DNA of 64,000 nt from Octopus sinensis (GCF_006345805.1 NC_043012.1:5456001-5520000), one strand, 5' to 3'; positions 41,301-52,489 are shown, counted from the first letter of the stretch. Notes: generated by a model from the letters alone, not told the origin. Numbers and translations are program-made.

Positions 41301-42588
41301 TCATCATCATCATCATCATAACTATCATTATCATTTTGTCATTGCCATCGTCAATATCAGCAAAATTCAAGCCATTGAGGAAGCCTCAATATGGTCATTG
41401 AACCTGTTAGAAATAGAAATAGCAAATGATACCCCACTGTCTTAGAAAAAAAGGATGGACACGTTGAACAATGTGGTTCCTGATACACAAAAGGACATGA
41501 TGGCCATGGTTAGATCACCTCTGATCATAGCACTACTCAGGAAAGGTTGATTTGGGTTGAACAACAACATCATCATCATCACCATCAACAGCAATAGAGG
41601 ATATCTTAATTTTTCTTTTGTTTCCTTTTGCAGTATGCAGACCCTGCCTCAAGACAGGTTACCAGCCGCAGACTTGTTGGTAAGGTTTCAATCCCTAGTA
41701 TCATTTATTTCTCACTATTTGAGTCTTTATTTCAATTGAAAATGTATAGAAGCAAAGAGGCCTACATTTGGAATTCTGACAACCATGTCATTTGGTACTT
41801 AACACATGAAAGTATCCATCAATGGGTTGAATGGGGTGGTTCTGTTGAGTTACAGATATATGGCGCAGACATGGTCATGTGGTTAAGAAGTTTGCTTTGC
41901 AGGCACTTGGGGCCTGGGTTCAGTCCCATTGCATTGCACCTTCATTAAGTGCTTTTTGCCATATGGCTTAACCCATAACCTGACTGGCTCTTGGGTGCCT
42001 TGAGCAGAATCCTTTCCATTGCAAGTGTTCAAATCAAATCTCTGGTCTGGGATAACTCATGAGTCTTGGTTTGTTCTTTCCAGTCTCAAACACCCTGAAA
42101 AAGGTCTTGAGCACCACTCATCTGATTGAGATAATTTGAAAATCAGGTGATATTAGAAGGGAATATACATTTATTACTCCAAATTATTACAACTGTTGCA
42201 TAATATTCTCCATGAGTAATTTCTGCTCAAGTATCTAATCCAATTTTTTCTTTACTTTATTTCATATTTGATATATATATATATATATACAATTATCAAT
42301 AATAAAGGGTGAAATTAATTAATTTAGAAATAATCATCAATTTCACCAAGTAGAGTTCAGCATGTAAAAGACCCATTCAAGGAAGGTTTAAGTAATAGTA
42401 AGTAATTAAGGGTTCAGCAACGATTTGCCTCACCACACACCGAATTTAGAAATAGCAGTCAAAAAGTTTTGGCTATTCTTTCTACTTTCTACTTCTTTTA
42501 AGTAGAAAGAATAGCCAAAACTTTTTGACTGCTATTTCTAAATTCAGTGTGTGGTGAGGCAAATCATTGCTGAACCCTTAATTACTTA

Positions 42589-42627
<39 letters not shown>

Positions 42628-44610
42628 GTAAGGAAAAGAAAAAAAATATATAGTTGTAGATGATCTTTAATTCAAATCCAAGTTGGTACAAAACCAATAT
42701 ATATTCTACAAACTGTTTTGGAGCCTAATTAATTACAAAGACAAAAACAAAAAAACTCTTCTTGAAATAAAAATTAGATTCTTCGTCAGGAATTACATAT
42801 TGGTATGAACAATTACAACCAACAAAAAAGATAAAAAGACCTTTTGTAGCCCAGACAGGAACAATAGAAGGAAAATTACCAGAATGCCAGGCTGTTCAGA
42901 ACGAAAAAAAAGAAATATATATATATATATATATATATTAGGTTGTCAAGAAAGTTCTTGCAGTTTTTAACCTTTAAATTCAGATGCACATATCTCAGCT
43001 CAAACAAAACTTTATTAATTGAAATAAACACCATCAGAATCAACACACTTTTGCCAACGTGAAACAAGTTTATTTATGCCAGTAGCGTAAAAATCCTGCG
43101 TTCTGGTGGCGATGAAGTCGTTGAAGGCGTGTTTGGCATCGTCTTGGTTTTTGAAGCATTTCTCATGCAGGAAGTTGTCAAGATGCTTGAAAAAGTGGTA
43201 GTCAGTAGGCGAGGTCTGGTGAGTATGGCAGATGAGGCAGGGTTTCGTAGCCCAATTCATTCAACTTCTGCAGGGTCAGTTGTGCAACATGCAGCCAAGT
43301 GTTGTCGTGGAGAAGAGTTTGTTCTTTTCTATTGACCAATGCTGGCTGTTGTCGGAGTTTCTTATGCGTTTCATCCATCTACTGACAGTACTTCTCCACC
43401 GTAATCATTCCGCCTGGATCCAAAAAGCTGTGATGGATGAGACCGGCCACAAACGACCAAACAATCACCATGACCTACTTTTGGTGCAACTTTGGCTTTA
43501 GGAAGTGCCGTGGAGCTTCATCGGCAACCAACCACTGAGCTGAGCATTGCCGGTTGTCATTAAGAATCTACTTTTTAGCACAAGTCACAATCCGGTCGAG
43601 AAATGGATCGTTCTTGTTACGTAAAAGAAGGGAAGGCAACACTTCAAAATGGCGTTTTTTTTTTGCTTGTCGTTCAATTCGTGCGGCACTCATTTCTCAA
43701 GTACCTTTGTTTTCCAATCTCTTTCAAGTGGTTGGAAATTGTTGTATACATTACGTCTAATTCAGAAGCAAGCTCTCAAACAGTTGTGCGTGGATTGGCC
43801 TTGACTAAGGCTCTTAGTTGATCGTTGTCAACATCAAATGGCCGACCACTACGCTTATCATCTTCAAGACCCTCGTGACTGCTACGAAATTTCTTGAACC
43901 ACTATTGGGCTGTATATTCATTAGTGGTTCCTGGGCCAAATGCATCGTTGATATCGCAAGCTGTTTCAGCAGCATTTTGGCCTAGCTTGAGCTGAAATTT
44001 AAAAATTGTGCAAATTTGCTTTTTGTCCATGTTGTATTCAACATTCCGGAAAAAAATGGCCTAATTATTTAAAAAGAAAAAGAGTAAAATGATTAGATAG
44101 AGCGAAAAACAGGCTTTAAAAGGATTTATAAAAGTCAAAATAATTTAATGAAAATTAATTTGAAAATACATCATTTAAAACCAAAATTAAAAATTCTGCA
44201 AGAACTTTCCTGATAACCTTTTATTTACATTACAATTCATGATATGTAAATATCAAGTAAAGACAGATAAATTTATAAAAAAAAAAAATTAACTAACTAC
44301 AAAAATAATAGGGTTTGCTAATTAAAAATTAAAAACTAAGCAAGTAAAAAGATTAAAAACTAAGAACTAATATATAATCCACTAAAATGTAATAAATGTC
44401 ATAATTCAAAGTTAATAATATGATAGTATCAAACCAAACAGAAGACTGAAAAATTTGGTATCCTTTAACTCCCGTTTCATATGCTTCATTTCCTAATTGG
44501 AATTACGGTTATGTATATATTTCTGTTGTCAGGTTCATGCCTACACTCAAAAGCATTGCATGGACAGTTCCGATATCATTGCCAACTGGGTCCAGCAACA
44601 AAAACGATGA
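1694..44610 (+). CDS. MAP2K5: Dual-specificity MAP kinase kinase 5 (MEK5), spliced and 5'-partial: join(1694-1734,7244-7305,9381-9485,12269-12308,16542-16610,18658-18739,19654-19764,22191-22264,29472-29522,30928-30999,31626-31655,[33898-33909],36548-36580,40727-40788,41634-41679,44533-44610)
   Basis: All exons are GT-AG and phase-consistent. Spliced protein has [39 protein letters not shown] and DVWSLG. It also has MEK5-specific [37 protein letters not shown] and [10 protein letters not shown] motifs, recalled from vertebrate MEK5. Confidence 0.97.
6873..7094. mobile_element. piggyBac-like MITE
   Basis: TTAA-ccctttcg ... cgaaaggg-TTAA; closely similar copy at 45716-45937. Confidence 0.85.
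7244..7305 (+). CDS. MAP2K5: MAP2K5 exon [20 protein letters not shown](R)
   Basis: gttgtag|ATAAAC...CG|gtaagc; phase 0 to 2 fits both neighbours; INTR matches VNTR of MEK5. Confidence 0.82.
8107..8691. mobile_element. hAT-like MITE with a nested SINE (about 8180-8490)
   Basis: cagtggttctcaacc ... ggttgagagccacc termini. Confidence 0.55.
9381..9485 (+). CDS. MAP2K5: MAP2K5 exon [34 protein letters not shown](R), Gly-rich loop
   Basis: ttcccag|...AACAG|gttcgt; 105 nt; GxGxxG. Confidence 0.93.
11180..11430. mobile_element. Mariner-type MITE with long TIRs
   Basis: TA-ttgggttggtgcataatt ... aattttgcaccaaccgaa-TA; second copy at 58039-58237. Confidence 0.85.
12269..12308 (+). CDS. MAP2K5: MAP2K5 exon [13 protein letters not shown] (ATP-binding Lys)
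   Basis: ttttacag|A...AAA|gtaagt; 40 nt. Confidence 0.95.
14112..15005. mobile_element. Tandem Helitron-like (Lep1/HINE-type) non-autonomous elements
   Basis: Starts actagcagtatcacccggtgttgc; end motif aaacacacagacacac(t/a)agttgagttttatatata occurs twice; related ends near 2773 and 20265-20588. Confidence 0.5.
15073..15682. mobile_element. Long inverted-repeat element (arms 15118-15361 / 15438-15682), possibly a Penelope-like inverted pseudo-LTR
   Basis: Highly similar 245-bp inverted arms, 76-nt spacer, set in (TA)n; class assignment is inferred. Confidence 0.7.
16542..16610 (+). CDS. MAP2K5: MAP2K5 exon [23 protein letters not shown] (alphaC)
   Basis: ccacag|GTC...CAG|gtaaac; 69 nt. Confidence 0.95.
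16783..17343 (+). mobile_element. Internally deleted maT-like element
   Basis: TA-cagggtgtg ... caccacaccctg-TA ends; interior retains transposase-like pieces. Confidence 0.7.
17352..17596. mobile_element. Tc1/mariner-type MITE
   Basis: About 33-bp imperfect TIRs gggttggccaaaagtcatctgacagtaaatcaaaa / tttgatttactgttgggtgacttttggccaacct, in a TA context. Confidence 0.8.
18658..18739 (+). CDS. MAP2K5: MAP2K5 exon [27 protein letters not shown](G)
   Basis: tttacag|TGC...GATG|gtaagt; 82 nt. Confidence 0.97.
19654..19764 (+). CDS. MAP2K5: MAP2K5 exon [36 protein letters not shown](D)
   Basis: ttcttcag|GT...AGAG|gtaaag; 111 nt. Confidence 0.97.
22191..22264 (+). CDS. MAP2K5: MAP2K5 exon [24 protein letters not shown] (catalytic loop, DFG)
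   Basis: ctccacag|AT...CAG|gtaaca; 74 nt. Confidence 0.97.
23170..24402 (-). mobile_element. Decayed Tc1/mariner transposon, DD37D (maT-like)
   Basis: 27-bp TIRs cagggtgtgtaaaacatttgaggacat / atgtcctcaaatattttatgcaccctg. Relic FQQDSA...[12 protein letters not shown] has 37 residues between the second D and the third catalytic position (here N). Confidence 0.9.
24613..24990 (+). mobile_element. 5'-truncated CR1/L2-group-like LINE 3' end
   Basis: ORF end [17 protein letters not shown]...[16 protein letters not shown]...AAASNSL*, then a short 3' tail and an A-rich end. Confidence 0.8.
25111..25440 (+). mobile_element. tRNA-derived SINE family A, well preserved
   Basis: ggctcagtggttagagcg...tcgaatcc head; same body as 944-1268. 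Confidence 0.87.
25441..25890. repeat. About 450-bp imperfect (TA)n microsatellite block
   Basis: Direct inspection; interrupted at about 25540-25585. Confidence 0.95.
29472..29522 (+). CDS. MAP2K5: MAP2K5 exon [17 protein letters not shown] (activation loop, SxxxT phosphosites)
   Basis: tttacag|CTG...GCA|gtaagt; 51 nt. Confidence 0.97.
30928..30999 (+). CDS. MAP2K5: MAP2K5 exon [24 protein letters not shown]
   Basis: tcttcag|CCT...GTG|gtaagg; 72 nt. Confidence 0.96.
31626..31655 (+). CDS. MAP2K5: MAP2K5 exon [10 protein letters not shown]
   Basis: ctttcag|TTT...TTG|gtaagt; 30 nt; matches LALGRFPYPQ. Confidence 0.92.
32600..32907. mobile_element. piggyBac-like MITE, second family
   Basis: TTAA-ccccttaccc ... 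gggtaagggg-TTAA. Confidence 0.8.
33898..33909 (+). CDS. MAP2K5: Candidate 12-nt MAP2K5 microexon (AHGH)
   Basis: Long pyrimidine tract ...ttcctgtacccaaaaag|GCACATGGTCAC|gtaagt; phase 0-0; lies where vertebrate MEK5 has a short exon. Confidence 0.55.
35013..35094. repeat. 41-bp tandem duplication (1 mismatch)
   Basis: ctacttctgctc(a/g)tgatcagagatgcacatatcgtcagcca x2. Confidence 0.9.
35275..35415. repeat. Compound (CAT)n(CAC)n(TAT)n trinucleotide repeat
   Basis: Direct inspection; similar tracts at 34425-34525, 20005-20100 and 20590-20650. Confidence 0.95.
36548..36580 (+). CDS. MAP2K5: MAP2K5 exon [11 protein letters not shown]
   Basis: tttgtag|GTG...CAA|gtaagt; 33 nt; matches PLQLLQCIVDE. 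Confidence 0.88.
37180..38560 (-). mobile_element. Second decayed maT-like transposon, interrupted by a SINE
   Basis: Transposase-like fragments ([29 protein letters not shown]) similar to the 23170-24402 copy; boundaries approximate. Confidence 0.72.
37817..38048 (+). mobile_element. SINE with a Nin/Deu-like domain (gcctttcatcctttcggggtcgat...agtaccag)
   Basis: Many copies, e.g. 5415-5640, 20650-20870, 31985-32160, 50350-50565, 54370-54600, 62400-62825; domain naming is from memory. Confidence 0.8.
39390..40325. mobile_element. Non-autonomous element with long TIRs (about 39446-39680 / 40065-40298)
   Basis: agcatcacaagacacaggcatggcagc...tccttgacaaag recurs as a reverse complement at about 40154-40298. 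Confidence 0.75.
40727..40788 (+). CDS. MAP2K5: MAP2K5 exon [20 protein letters not shown](C)
   Basis: tcttcag|CCT...TG|gtaagt; 62 nt. Confidence 0.94.
41634..41679 (+). CDS. MAP2K5: MAP2K5 exon [15 protein letters not shown]
   Basis: ttttgcag|T...TTG|gtaagg; 46 nt. Confidence 0.93.
42938..44221 (-). mobile_element. Decayed full-length mariner (DD34D) transposon
   Basis: TIRs ttaggttgtcaagaaagttcttgcag / ctgcaagaactttcctgataacc. Transposase relic runs from [10 protein letters not shown] (44030) to [15 protein letters not shown]...[13 protein letters not shown] (43015), with stops and frameshifts. Confidence 0.92.
44533..44610 (+). CDS. MAP2K5: MAP2K5 terminal coding exon [25 protein letters not shown]
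   Basis: gttgtcag|GTT...TGA; matches GHPFIVQFNDGNAAVVSMWV. Confidence 0.9.
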   Translation, partial: VHAYTQKHCMDSSDIIANWVQQQKR

Positions 44611-45620
44611 ATTGAAGAACTGTTGAACCAAAGAACCAATTTGCTGAAGAACAACAAATGAATTATTAACGTTCTGCCTGTCCAGTGCATTTCATGAGTT
44701 TGCCCTAAACGTCCATGCTTGTTGTCAAGCTTTTAGTTAGCCCTTGTTTCATACGTTCTGAATAATATAAACGTTTCCTTTCATAAGTCCTAAGCTACTC
44801 TGTTGAAAAAAATTAGGAATGTGTCTCATATATGATGCGTGGATGCCAGGGAAATATGTCGTGTAACAAGTGTGATACACAGGACAAATAAAGGGTTGTG
44901 GGAAAGAAAAATATGTGTATATATGCAACAACTAAAAAGTTACTGGAGATTTTGGAAATAACATATTTAGTTTCAGAATTTTTATTTATCTAGCAAGTGA
45001 TTTGATTCTGAGACTGTGTTGATGCTGAAAAAATTACATAGCAGAAAGAACCAATTCAGCTATTTAAAAACATTAAAAAAAACTGTTAAATTAATTTTTT
45101 ATTTATTTTTGGAGGTGCTAAAATTTCCCTTACATCACAGCACTGTGACCTCATATCTGAAATGTAGAGGAATTTGAGTCAGTGACCAGATTGCTGAAGT
45201 ATAATGAGAATTTTGAAATCCCAAGGAAAGCCATATTTTCCACCATACAAGTCTACATAATATGTAGCGTAAACATTCAAAGATTGTCGTTATCTTTCCA
45301 AATCTTGCTGCATTTCACATGGAATTTTTGGTCCTCCAAAGTCATCTTGGTGTATAAGTCGACTTAACTTCTATTTTAGCTGTGAATTTTAGTCGTAATA
45401 ATTCAACTTGTATGCCAGAAAATATGGCAGATTTAACAGTACAGATTTGTGAATATCTGAATGTGATTGTGTGTGTTCATGTGTCTAGTTGGCTAAAAGG
45501 GTTTCTTCCAATTTGTAATTCTTATATTTCATGTACTTTTTTAACTGTCATCTTCAGAACAGTCAACTGTTTCAAGAACAAAATAAATTAATTTGCTGTT
45601 ATGTAATCTATGCTTGTAGA
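44611..45620 (+). other. Probable MAP2K5 3' UTR (AATAAA at 44887 and 45582)
   Basis: TE-poor AT-rich sequence after the stop, with candidate poly(A) signals; the end is uncertain. Confidence 0.45.
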
Positions 45621-45715
45621 GATCCTGATTATGTCTTCTGAAATTCTGCTATAGTAGCAGCTCTTACAATATCCAGTGTGCAGGAAACTAAGTGTTATCA
45701 AATGTAGTGGATTAA

Positions 45716-45937
45716 TCCTTTCATTACTGTATTTATTTTGAGATGCTCTGTGTTTCTTTCAATTCATTTTAAATATAACTAAGAATTTAGTAAAATAACT
45801 TAGTTATCATTCAGCTAGTGTTAAGAACATAAATTGTGATTACGGTTTGGTGGAAGATTTTAATTCAAAACTTATGAAAACAAGACATTTGTACTACAGA
45901 GCCAGAGCCGGTTTCAGCTGGGTAGGTAATGAAAGGG
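45716..45937. mobile_element. piggyBac-like MITE (same family as 6873-7094)
   Basis: TTAA flanks and a shared interior. Confidence 0.83.
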
Positions 45938-47219
45938 TTAATATATTGGCATTGAGCAAAGGGACAAGTTGGCAGAATTGTTAACATGCTAGACAAATTG
46001 CTTAACTCCATTTCATCCATCCTTACCAAGGTGGACTTTGCCTTTCATCCTTTCAGGCTTCATGAAATAAGTACCAGTTGAACACTGGGGTCAGTGTTAT
46101 CAACTTAACACCACTCCCCCGAAATCACTGGCTTTGTATGTGAGTTTTTAGTCACTCACTCAGCCAAAACCAGGTAATAAAAAGAGGTGTCATACATGAC
46201 TGCTTTTCAGTTGTTTATAAAGGTATCTACTTTGTTGTTGTTATTTGACCAAAGCTAGCTTTTTTTCTTGTAACATAGTGTACATAGAGCTACATGGTCC
46301 AATGCATCCTTCCTTTTCTAAGACACTAAAGTATGATTTAACAAAGATTTGACTGCTCTTTCTAGCAGATCAAATGAACACAGAGGGGGTGGGGTGAAAC
46401 TGAGTGTATATTTGATTTTAAAGTACTCCGTTGGTACTTTATTGTATTGACCCTGAAAGGATGAGAGGCTAATTTGCTCTTGGCAAGATTTGAACTCAGA
46501 GCATAAAAAGCAATTTAATGTGACACTTTGCTAATTCTGTCAAACCACCAACATTATTAAGGGTTTCTGACAGGGGCACAACACCGCAAATTTGAGGAGA
46601 GAGGGGCTACAATGATTCTATCACTCGCTGTTACTTGAACAAGAAATATCTTGAGTTAACTTTTGACCAACAAAAAGGTCAAAAGTTCTTTCCCTTCACC
46701 ATTGTGGTCAAGATCGTCTTTACCTTTCATCCTTTCAGGGTCGATGAAATAAGTACCAGTTACGCACTGGGGTCAATGTTATTTACTATCCGCCCTCCCC
46801 TAAATTTCAGGCCTTGTACCTATAATAAAAACGATTATTATAAGCGTGGTACAATGGCAGAATCATTAGAGCATCAGACAAAATATTTTGCAGTATTTTT
46901 CCCGGTTTACATTCTAGGTTCAAATACTGCAAAGGCCAACTTTGTCTTTTATCCTTTTGGGGGTCAATAAAATAAAGTCCCTGGAAAGTATTTGTTATTT
47001 TGTCCTTTTTATTTTAATTAATTTATATATTAAAATGAAATGAAAATAAAATTGTATTAAATTCAAAGTTTTGTTGATGAGTTTTTCTTCCCATCCAGTT
47101 TTATTTCAACTGCAACATTTTGTCTATATTTTCTAATACTGTCTCTATTATATCGTGTTTGTAAAGTATATCTCTTCCTCCTTCTTCTTCTCTCTCTCTC
47201 TCTCTCTCATGAAATGAAA

Positions 47220-47520
47220 GGCAGATTGTACAATGCTTCTGTAGAAACTACAATGCTATGCATTCATGAGATGTGGGCCCTGAATGTAGAGCGCTTGCAA
47301 AGACTAGAGAAAAGTGAAGCTAGCATGCTCCACTGGATATGCAATGTTAGTGTACATAATTGACAAAGTACAAATATGTTGAGAGAAAAGGAAAAAAAAC
47401 TTAGCCTAAGACAGACGGGATGTGCTGTGCAAGGGAGACAACTGCTGTAAGCATGTGATGCATATGGATGAGGGCAGCTGAATAAAGACGAACCAAATCT
47501 GTTGCAGAGGCAGCAGCAAG
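47220..47520 (+). mobile_element. RTE-clade LINE remnant
   Basis: Nucleotide similarity to 59645-59950 (gaagctagcatgctcc...catgtgatgcatatggatgag). Confidence 0.7.
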
Positions 47521-47697
47521 GTAGAGATAGTGGTGCACGGCGCGACGCTAAGGCTGCAGGCAATTGTGGCCGAACGCGTGATAGATGGAGTTGATGTGGT
47601 GATGGGGATGGACGCCATCAACTGCCTCGGTGGCGTCAGTGTTGTGGGAAATGAGGTCACGTTCGGAAGCGTGGGGGCTAGTGTGTGCGCGATTTGA
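47521..47697 (+). mobile_element. Ty3/gypsy-type aspartic protease fragment
   Basis: VEIVVHGATLRLQAIVAERVIDGVDVVMGMDAINCLGGVSV resembles the D-V-I-L-G-M-D C-terminal motif of retropepsins. Confidence 0.65.
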
Positions 47698-48905
47698 ATA
47701 TAGAGGCACCTACCTTCTCTTCTTAGTGACGGAGACCCTCCAGTGATGACTAGTCCTTCCTCACAGCGACGTCCTCACACCTCTTGTCCCCTGCACGACC
47801 CACCTTGGAAAGGGCGCAATTTCTGCTCCCTGCGCACGGCTGACCCCTTCCGCCTGCCCCAGCTTCCGGTCAACGCACCCGGCTGCTGACGTCATCCCAC
47901 AGAAGCGAAAGGAAAGAGAACCAGGAAGGTATTGGACTGTGTAGCATGGACTCAGAGCACATTTGCAGTCAAGCATCCATCATGCGATGGACTTGGTTAA
48001 CACCCACAAAGTTATCAACCACCTCACCAACAACAACACTGAACACCTTTTTGATCTCCATGTGTCCACTACGCCAACCTCTGCTGAAAGCTCTGTGTAT
48101 TGTTGTTCTCTTACATCACATCTTCCAGGTCCCTTTTTTAGGAACATCTGCTGAAGTGCTCCATTCATGTTGCTTTCCCAAGGCTTCATTAACTCCCACA
48201 AACAGGACTCGTATATGTTGGTGTGTGCATCATCATCATCATTATCATCATCGTTTAACATCTATTCTTCTTTGCTCCAACGAGTCAGATGGAAGTTGTT
48301 GAGGCCGATTTCTTACAGCTGGATGTCCTTCCTGTCACCAACACTTGTCTGTCTCCAAGCAAAGTCATATTTTCCCATAGGTAAACATAATTTTATGGAA
48401 GACTGGAAATAAATGGAGATGCTCATTTACAGCCATCACATAACAAGAATGGATACATGTGTACATGTGTGTGTGTGTATATAAATATATATGTGTGTGT
48501 GTGTATATATATATATGTATGTATGTATGTATATCCTTGTTCTTTTATACTTTTGCTTCTTTCAGTCATGAGAGTGCAGCCATGCTGGGGCACCGCCTTG
48601 AAAAATTTTTTAGTCAAACCAATCAACCCTAGTACTTATTCCATCAACGTCTTTTGCTGAACTGCTAATGTTATGAGGATGTAAACAGACAAACACCTGT
48701 TGCCCATATATATATATATAGATATATATAATAGCCACTTTCTCGTACATTAACAAAGCCATTGCTAGAGAGAATCACTGAAATGAAACATTGATGATGC
48801 AATGTGCGGCCCTTGCATGACTCCTGAGCCCAACCAAAGACATGCACCACGCTGGTTGGCTGAAGGAACAGGTACCACAGTATGAAGTCTCTGAATTCGT
48901 AGGTG

Positions 48906-49275
48906 CAAAAGTGGCTGTGTGGTAAGTAGCTTGCTTACCAACCACATGGTTCTGGGTTCAGTCGCACGTCATGCTACCTTGGGCAAGTGTCTTCTACCAT
49001 AGTCTCAGGCCGACCACAGCCTTGTGAGTGGATTTGGTAGACGAAAACTGAAAGAAGCCCATTGTATATATGTATGTGTGTGTGTCTGTTTTTGTCCCCC
49101 AACATCACTTGACAACCGATGCTGGTGTTTTTACGTCCCCGTAAACACAGTTTGGCAAAAGAGATCGATAGAATAAGTACAAGACTTACAAAGAATAAGT
49201 CCTGGGGTCAATTTGCTCGACTAAAGGTGGTGCTCCAGTATGGCCACAGTCAAATGACTGAAACAAGTAAAAGAG
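48906..49275 (+). mobile_element. Composite SINE (tRNA head, CORE-like ccttgggcaag, internal microsatellite, LINE-derived tail)
   Basis: Other copies at 30375-30730, 33405-33785 (+) and 7330-7975, 8190-8490 (-). Confidence 0.85.
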
Positions 49276-50600
49276 TATATATATATTAGTGTACAGAAGG
49301 GGTTTTAATCCAAGCTGTGTCCTCATGAAACACAGCTGTATGTTCCAGTAATGAAATGTAGATTTTTTATTTTAACCTTTTAGCATTTAAACCAGCCAGA
49401 TCTGGCCTCTTGCACCAACTCAGGTTGCTGCCCAACCACATGGTTCCAGGTTCAGTCCCACTGCGTGGCAGCTTGGGCAAATGCCTTCTACTTATAACCC
49501 CAGTTCGACCAAAGCCTTGTGAGTGGATTTTGTAGATGGAAACTGAAAGAAGCTTGTCATCATCATCATCGTTTAGCGTCCGCTTTCCATGCTAGCATGG
49601 GTTGGACGGTTCAACTGGGGTCTGGGAAGCCAGGAGGCTGCACCAGGCTCCAGTCTGATCTGGCAGTGTTTCTACAGCTGGATGCCCTTCCTAATGCCAA
49701 CCACTCTGAGAGTGTAGTGGGTGCTTTTTATATGCCACCAGCATGGGCCACAATCGGTTGGTGCTTTTTACGTGCCACTGGCACGGGTATCACAACTACA
49801 ATTTCCATTTGATTTTTATTTTCATGTTGATGTATTTGACTCAATAGGTCTCCTCAAGCACAGCAGGTCACCCCATGATCCAAGGTAGGCACAGCAGGCC
49901 GTCCTGCGATCCAAGGTACTTTGAATGGGCTGGGGATTCCACGCTCTCAAAAAGTTGTGTGTGGTATATATATATATTTGTGTGTGTCATGCCTGTGCTT
50001 GTCTCTCCAACACTTGACAACTGATGTTGGTGTCTTTATGTCGCTGAAACTTAGCGCTTTGGCAAAAGACGCTGATAGAATAAGTAGTAGGCTTACAAAG
50101 AATAAGTCCTGTGGTCGATTTCTCCGACTATTGGCTGTGTTCCAGTATGGCTGCAGTCAAATGACTGAAACATGTAAAAGCTTAATCAGATCATCAAAAT
50201 CTTGATGCTAAGAGACAATGCATGATTACTTGAAAAGAATGTGAATGCATAAGCATTGCACATCTGAGAGTGCCAAAGGGTGAAAAGAGAAAAATCATAC
50301 CTACTTGTGCAAAAGCCTGATGACTCATAACATTGGCTGAGTAAGGATATATTCTTTTCTTCTCTAGGCACAAGGCCTGAAATTTTGTGGGAATGGGCCA
50401 GTCGATTAGATCGACCCAGTACACAACTGGTACTTAATTTATCGATTCTGAAAGGATGAAACGCAAAGTCGACCTCAGTGGAATTTGAACTCAGAAAATA
50501 GCAGCAAACGAAATACTGCTAGGCATTTCACCCGTCATGCTAACGTTTCTGTCAGCTCACTGCCTTTAAGTAGGAATATATTAAAATAAAGACTGGAAAA

Positions 50601-50700
50601 NNNNNNNNNNNNNNNNNNNNNNNNNNNNNNNNNNNNNNNNNNNNNNNNNNNNNNNNNNNNNNNNNNNNNNNNNNNNNNNNNNNNNNNNNNNNNNNNNNNN
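50601..50700. other. Assembly gap (100 N)
   Basis: Run of N. Confidence 1.
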
Positions 50701-50889
50701 CTTTTTGGAAATATTTTCCAGTAGTTCAATATTCAATGTTTATAGAATTTGGTAAAATGTTTAAGCACAGCCAGGAATTTTCTGTAAATTATGTGAAATT
50801 TTAACATGTGTTTCACATTTGATGTTTTGTTTGTTTGCGATTTTCATGTTAGTGTTTCTGCTCTTTTGTGAGTGGTACCAATTGTACAA

Positions 50890-50937
50890 AAAGAAAAAAA
50901 AATTGTTTTCCTTCCTTTTATTATTGTTGCTTTTTTA

Positions 50938-50968
<31 letters not shown>

Positions 50969-51427
50969 TTTTTTTGTAGCATTCCATGACAGGAGAATGG
51001 TTGAGATATAGAAACTCCAGTGTAGTGAACAAATATAAGTGGAGAGATTTGTAAAGTAAAAGTGATGACAGAAGCAGAAGAACGGTATGTTAGGCAAGCA
51101 ACGGAAATAGAATTTGCACAGGTCCTCGCAGACAGCAGCCGCACGTATCCCATCACAGAGACAGTATTTATGCATTGCCTAAGTCACCGATTCCGTTTGT
51201 TTGCAAGATAAAAGGAGGCGGGAAGGTGGGGAATAAAAATTTTCTTTGCACAAGAGTGAAAATGGATAAAGAGAGAGAGAGAGAGAGAGAGAGTACAGGG
51301 GTGAAAGTGAGGGAAATGTATCAGTCAGAAATTATTATTATTATTATTTAGCCAAAGTCTCAGAATATACAAAGGCTAGACAAACTATAGGCTTTTTAGA
51401 CATTTGATGAAACAGTAGTCATATATG

Positions 51428-51470
<43 letters not shown>

Positions 51471-52489
51471 ACATATATATATAGAGAGAGACACACACAC
51501 ACACATTATATATGAAACTTGTTTAAGAGATCACAGTAGCATTGGGTTTGGATTTTGGGGTTGTTGTTGTTGTTGTTGTTGGAGGGGGGGATTTTCCTTG
51601 CATGTTATCTACATATTCTGCGTTTGATACGCTTGGCACAACAGTAGTAAACTCCTCGCATTTCAAAGCGCAGCGGCTCTCATCTTGTTTAAATCACCCA
51701 CAAACCTGAACTGAGTTGGTGAGTGAAAAGAAGAAGAAAAAAAATGATTTAAACCTCCAACCACAAACTATACAGACAAAACTGAAATGCCTTTGCCTTT
51801 TTTTACACATCTGCATTGCATAAATAATAATAATAATATAATGAAAGACGGGGGGGGATGTTCCCTTTGCCTATGAAGGTTTTTGGAGAAAATGGGGGGC
51901 AGTGCATATATTTTTTTTTCTTTACATTTATTTATACTTTCAGCATTATTTTGTTGGTGCTCTGTACATTTCCTTCTTTTTTTAACCATTTTTTTTATAT
52001 ATATATTTCTTGTTTCATATATTTGGAAAGTTTTCAGCTATTTTATGTGGTATTTGATTCAAGAATCCAACTGAAATATTGAAAAGAAAAAACAAAACAA
52101 ACAAAAAAAAAAGACAAGGTATACTGAGGAGTGCAGCATTAAAAGAGTCTCCTAGATTTAGAAAATAACTTTTGTCTTTGCTTCCTTCTGCTTTCAGGTG
52201 TCAAATCAGCTGTTTTGTAGCTCACATTCATCTATCTCACCACCTCCAACACCCTCAACAACAATAATAGTAGTAGTAATAGTAGTAATAATAATAATGA
52301 TAATAATGATAATAATAATAATAATAATAATAATACATGTTCTTTCGGATGGTGAAAAATTGTTAGATAGTTACAGTATAATTCTTGTTTTTTTTACATG
52401 AACAACTTTTGGTTGTTCTACATATGTTCTCTCTTTTTTTCTTCAAATTTTGTTTTATTTACATACATACACACACACACACATATACA

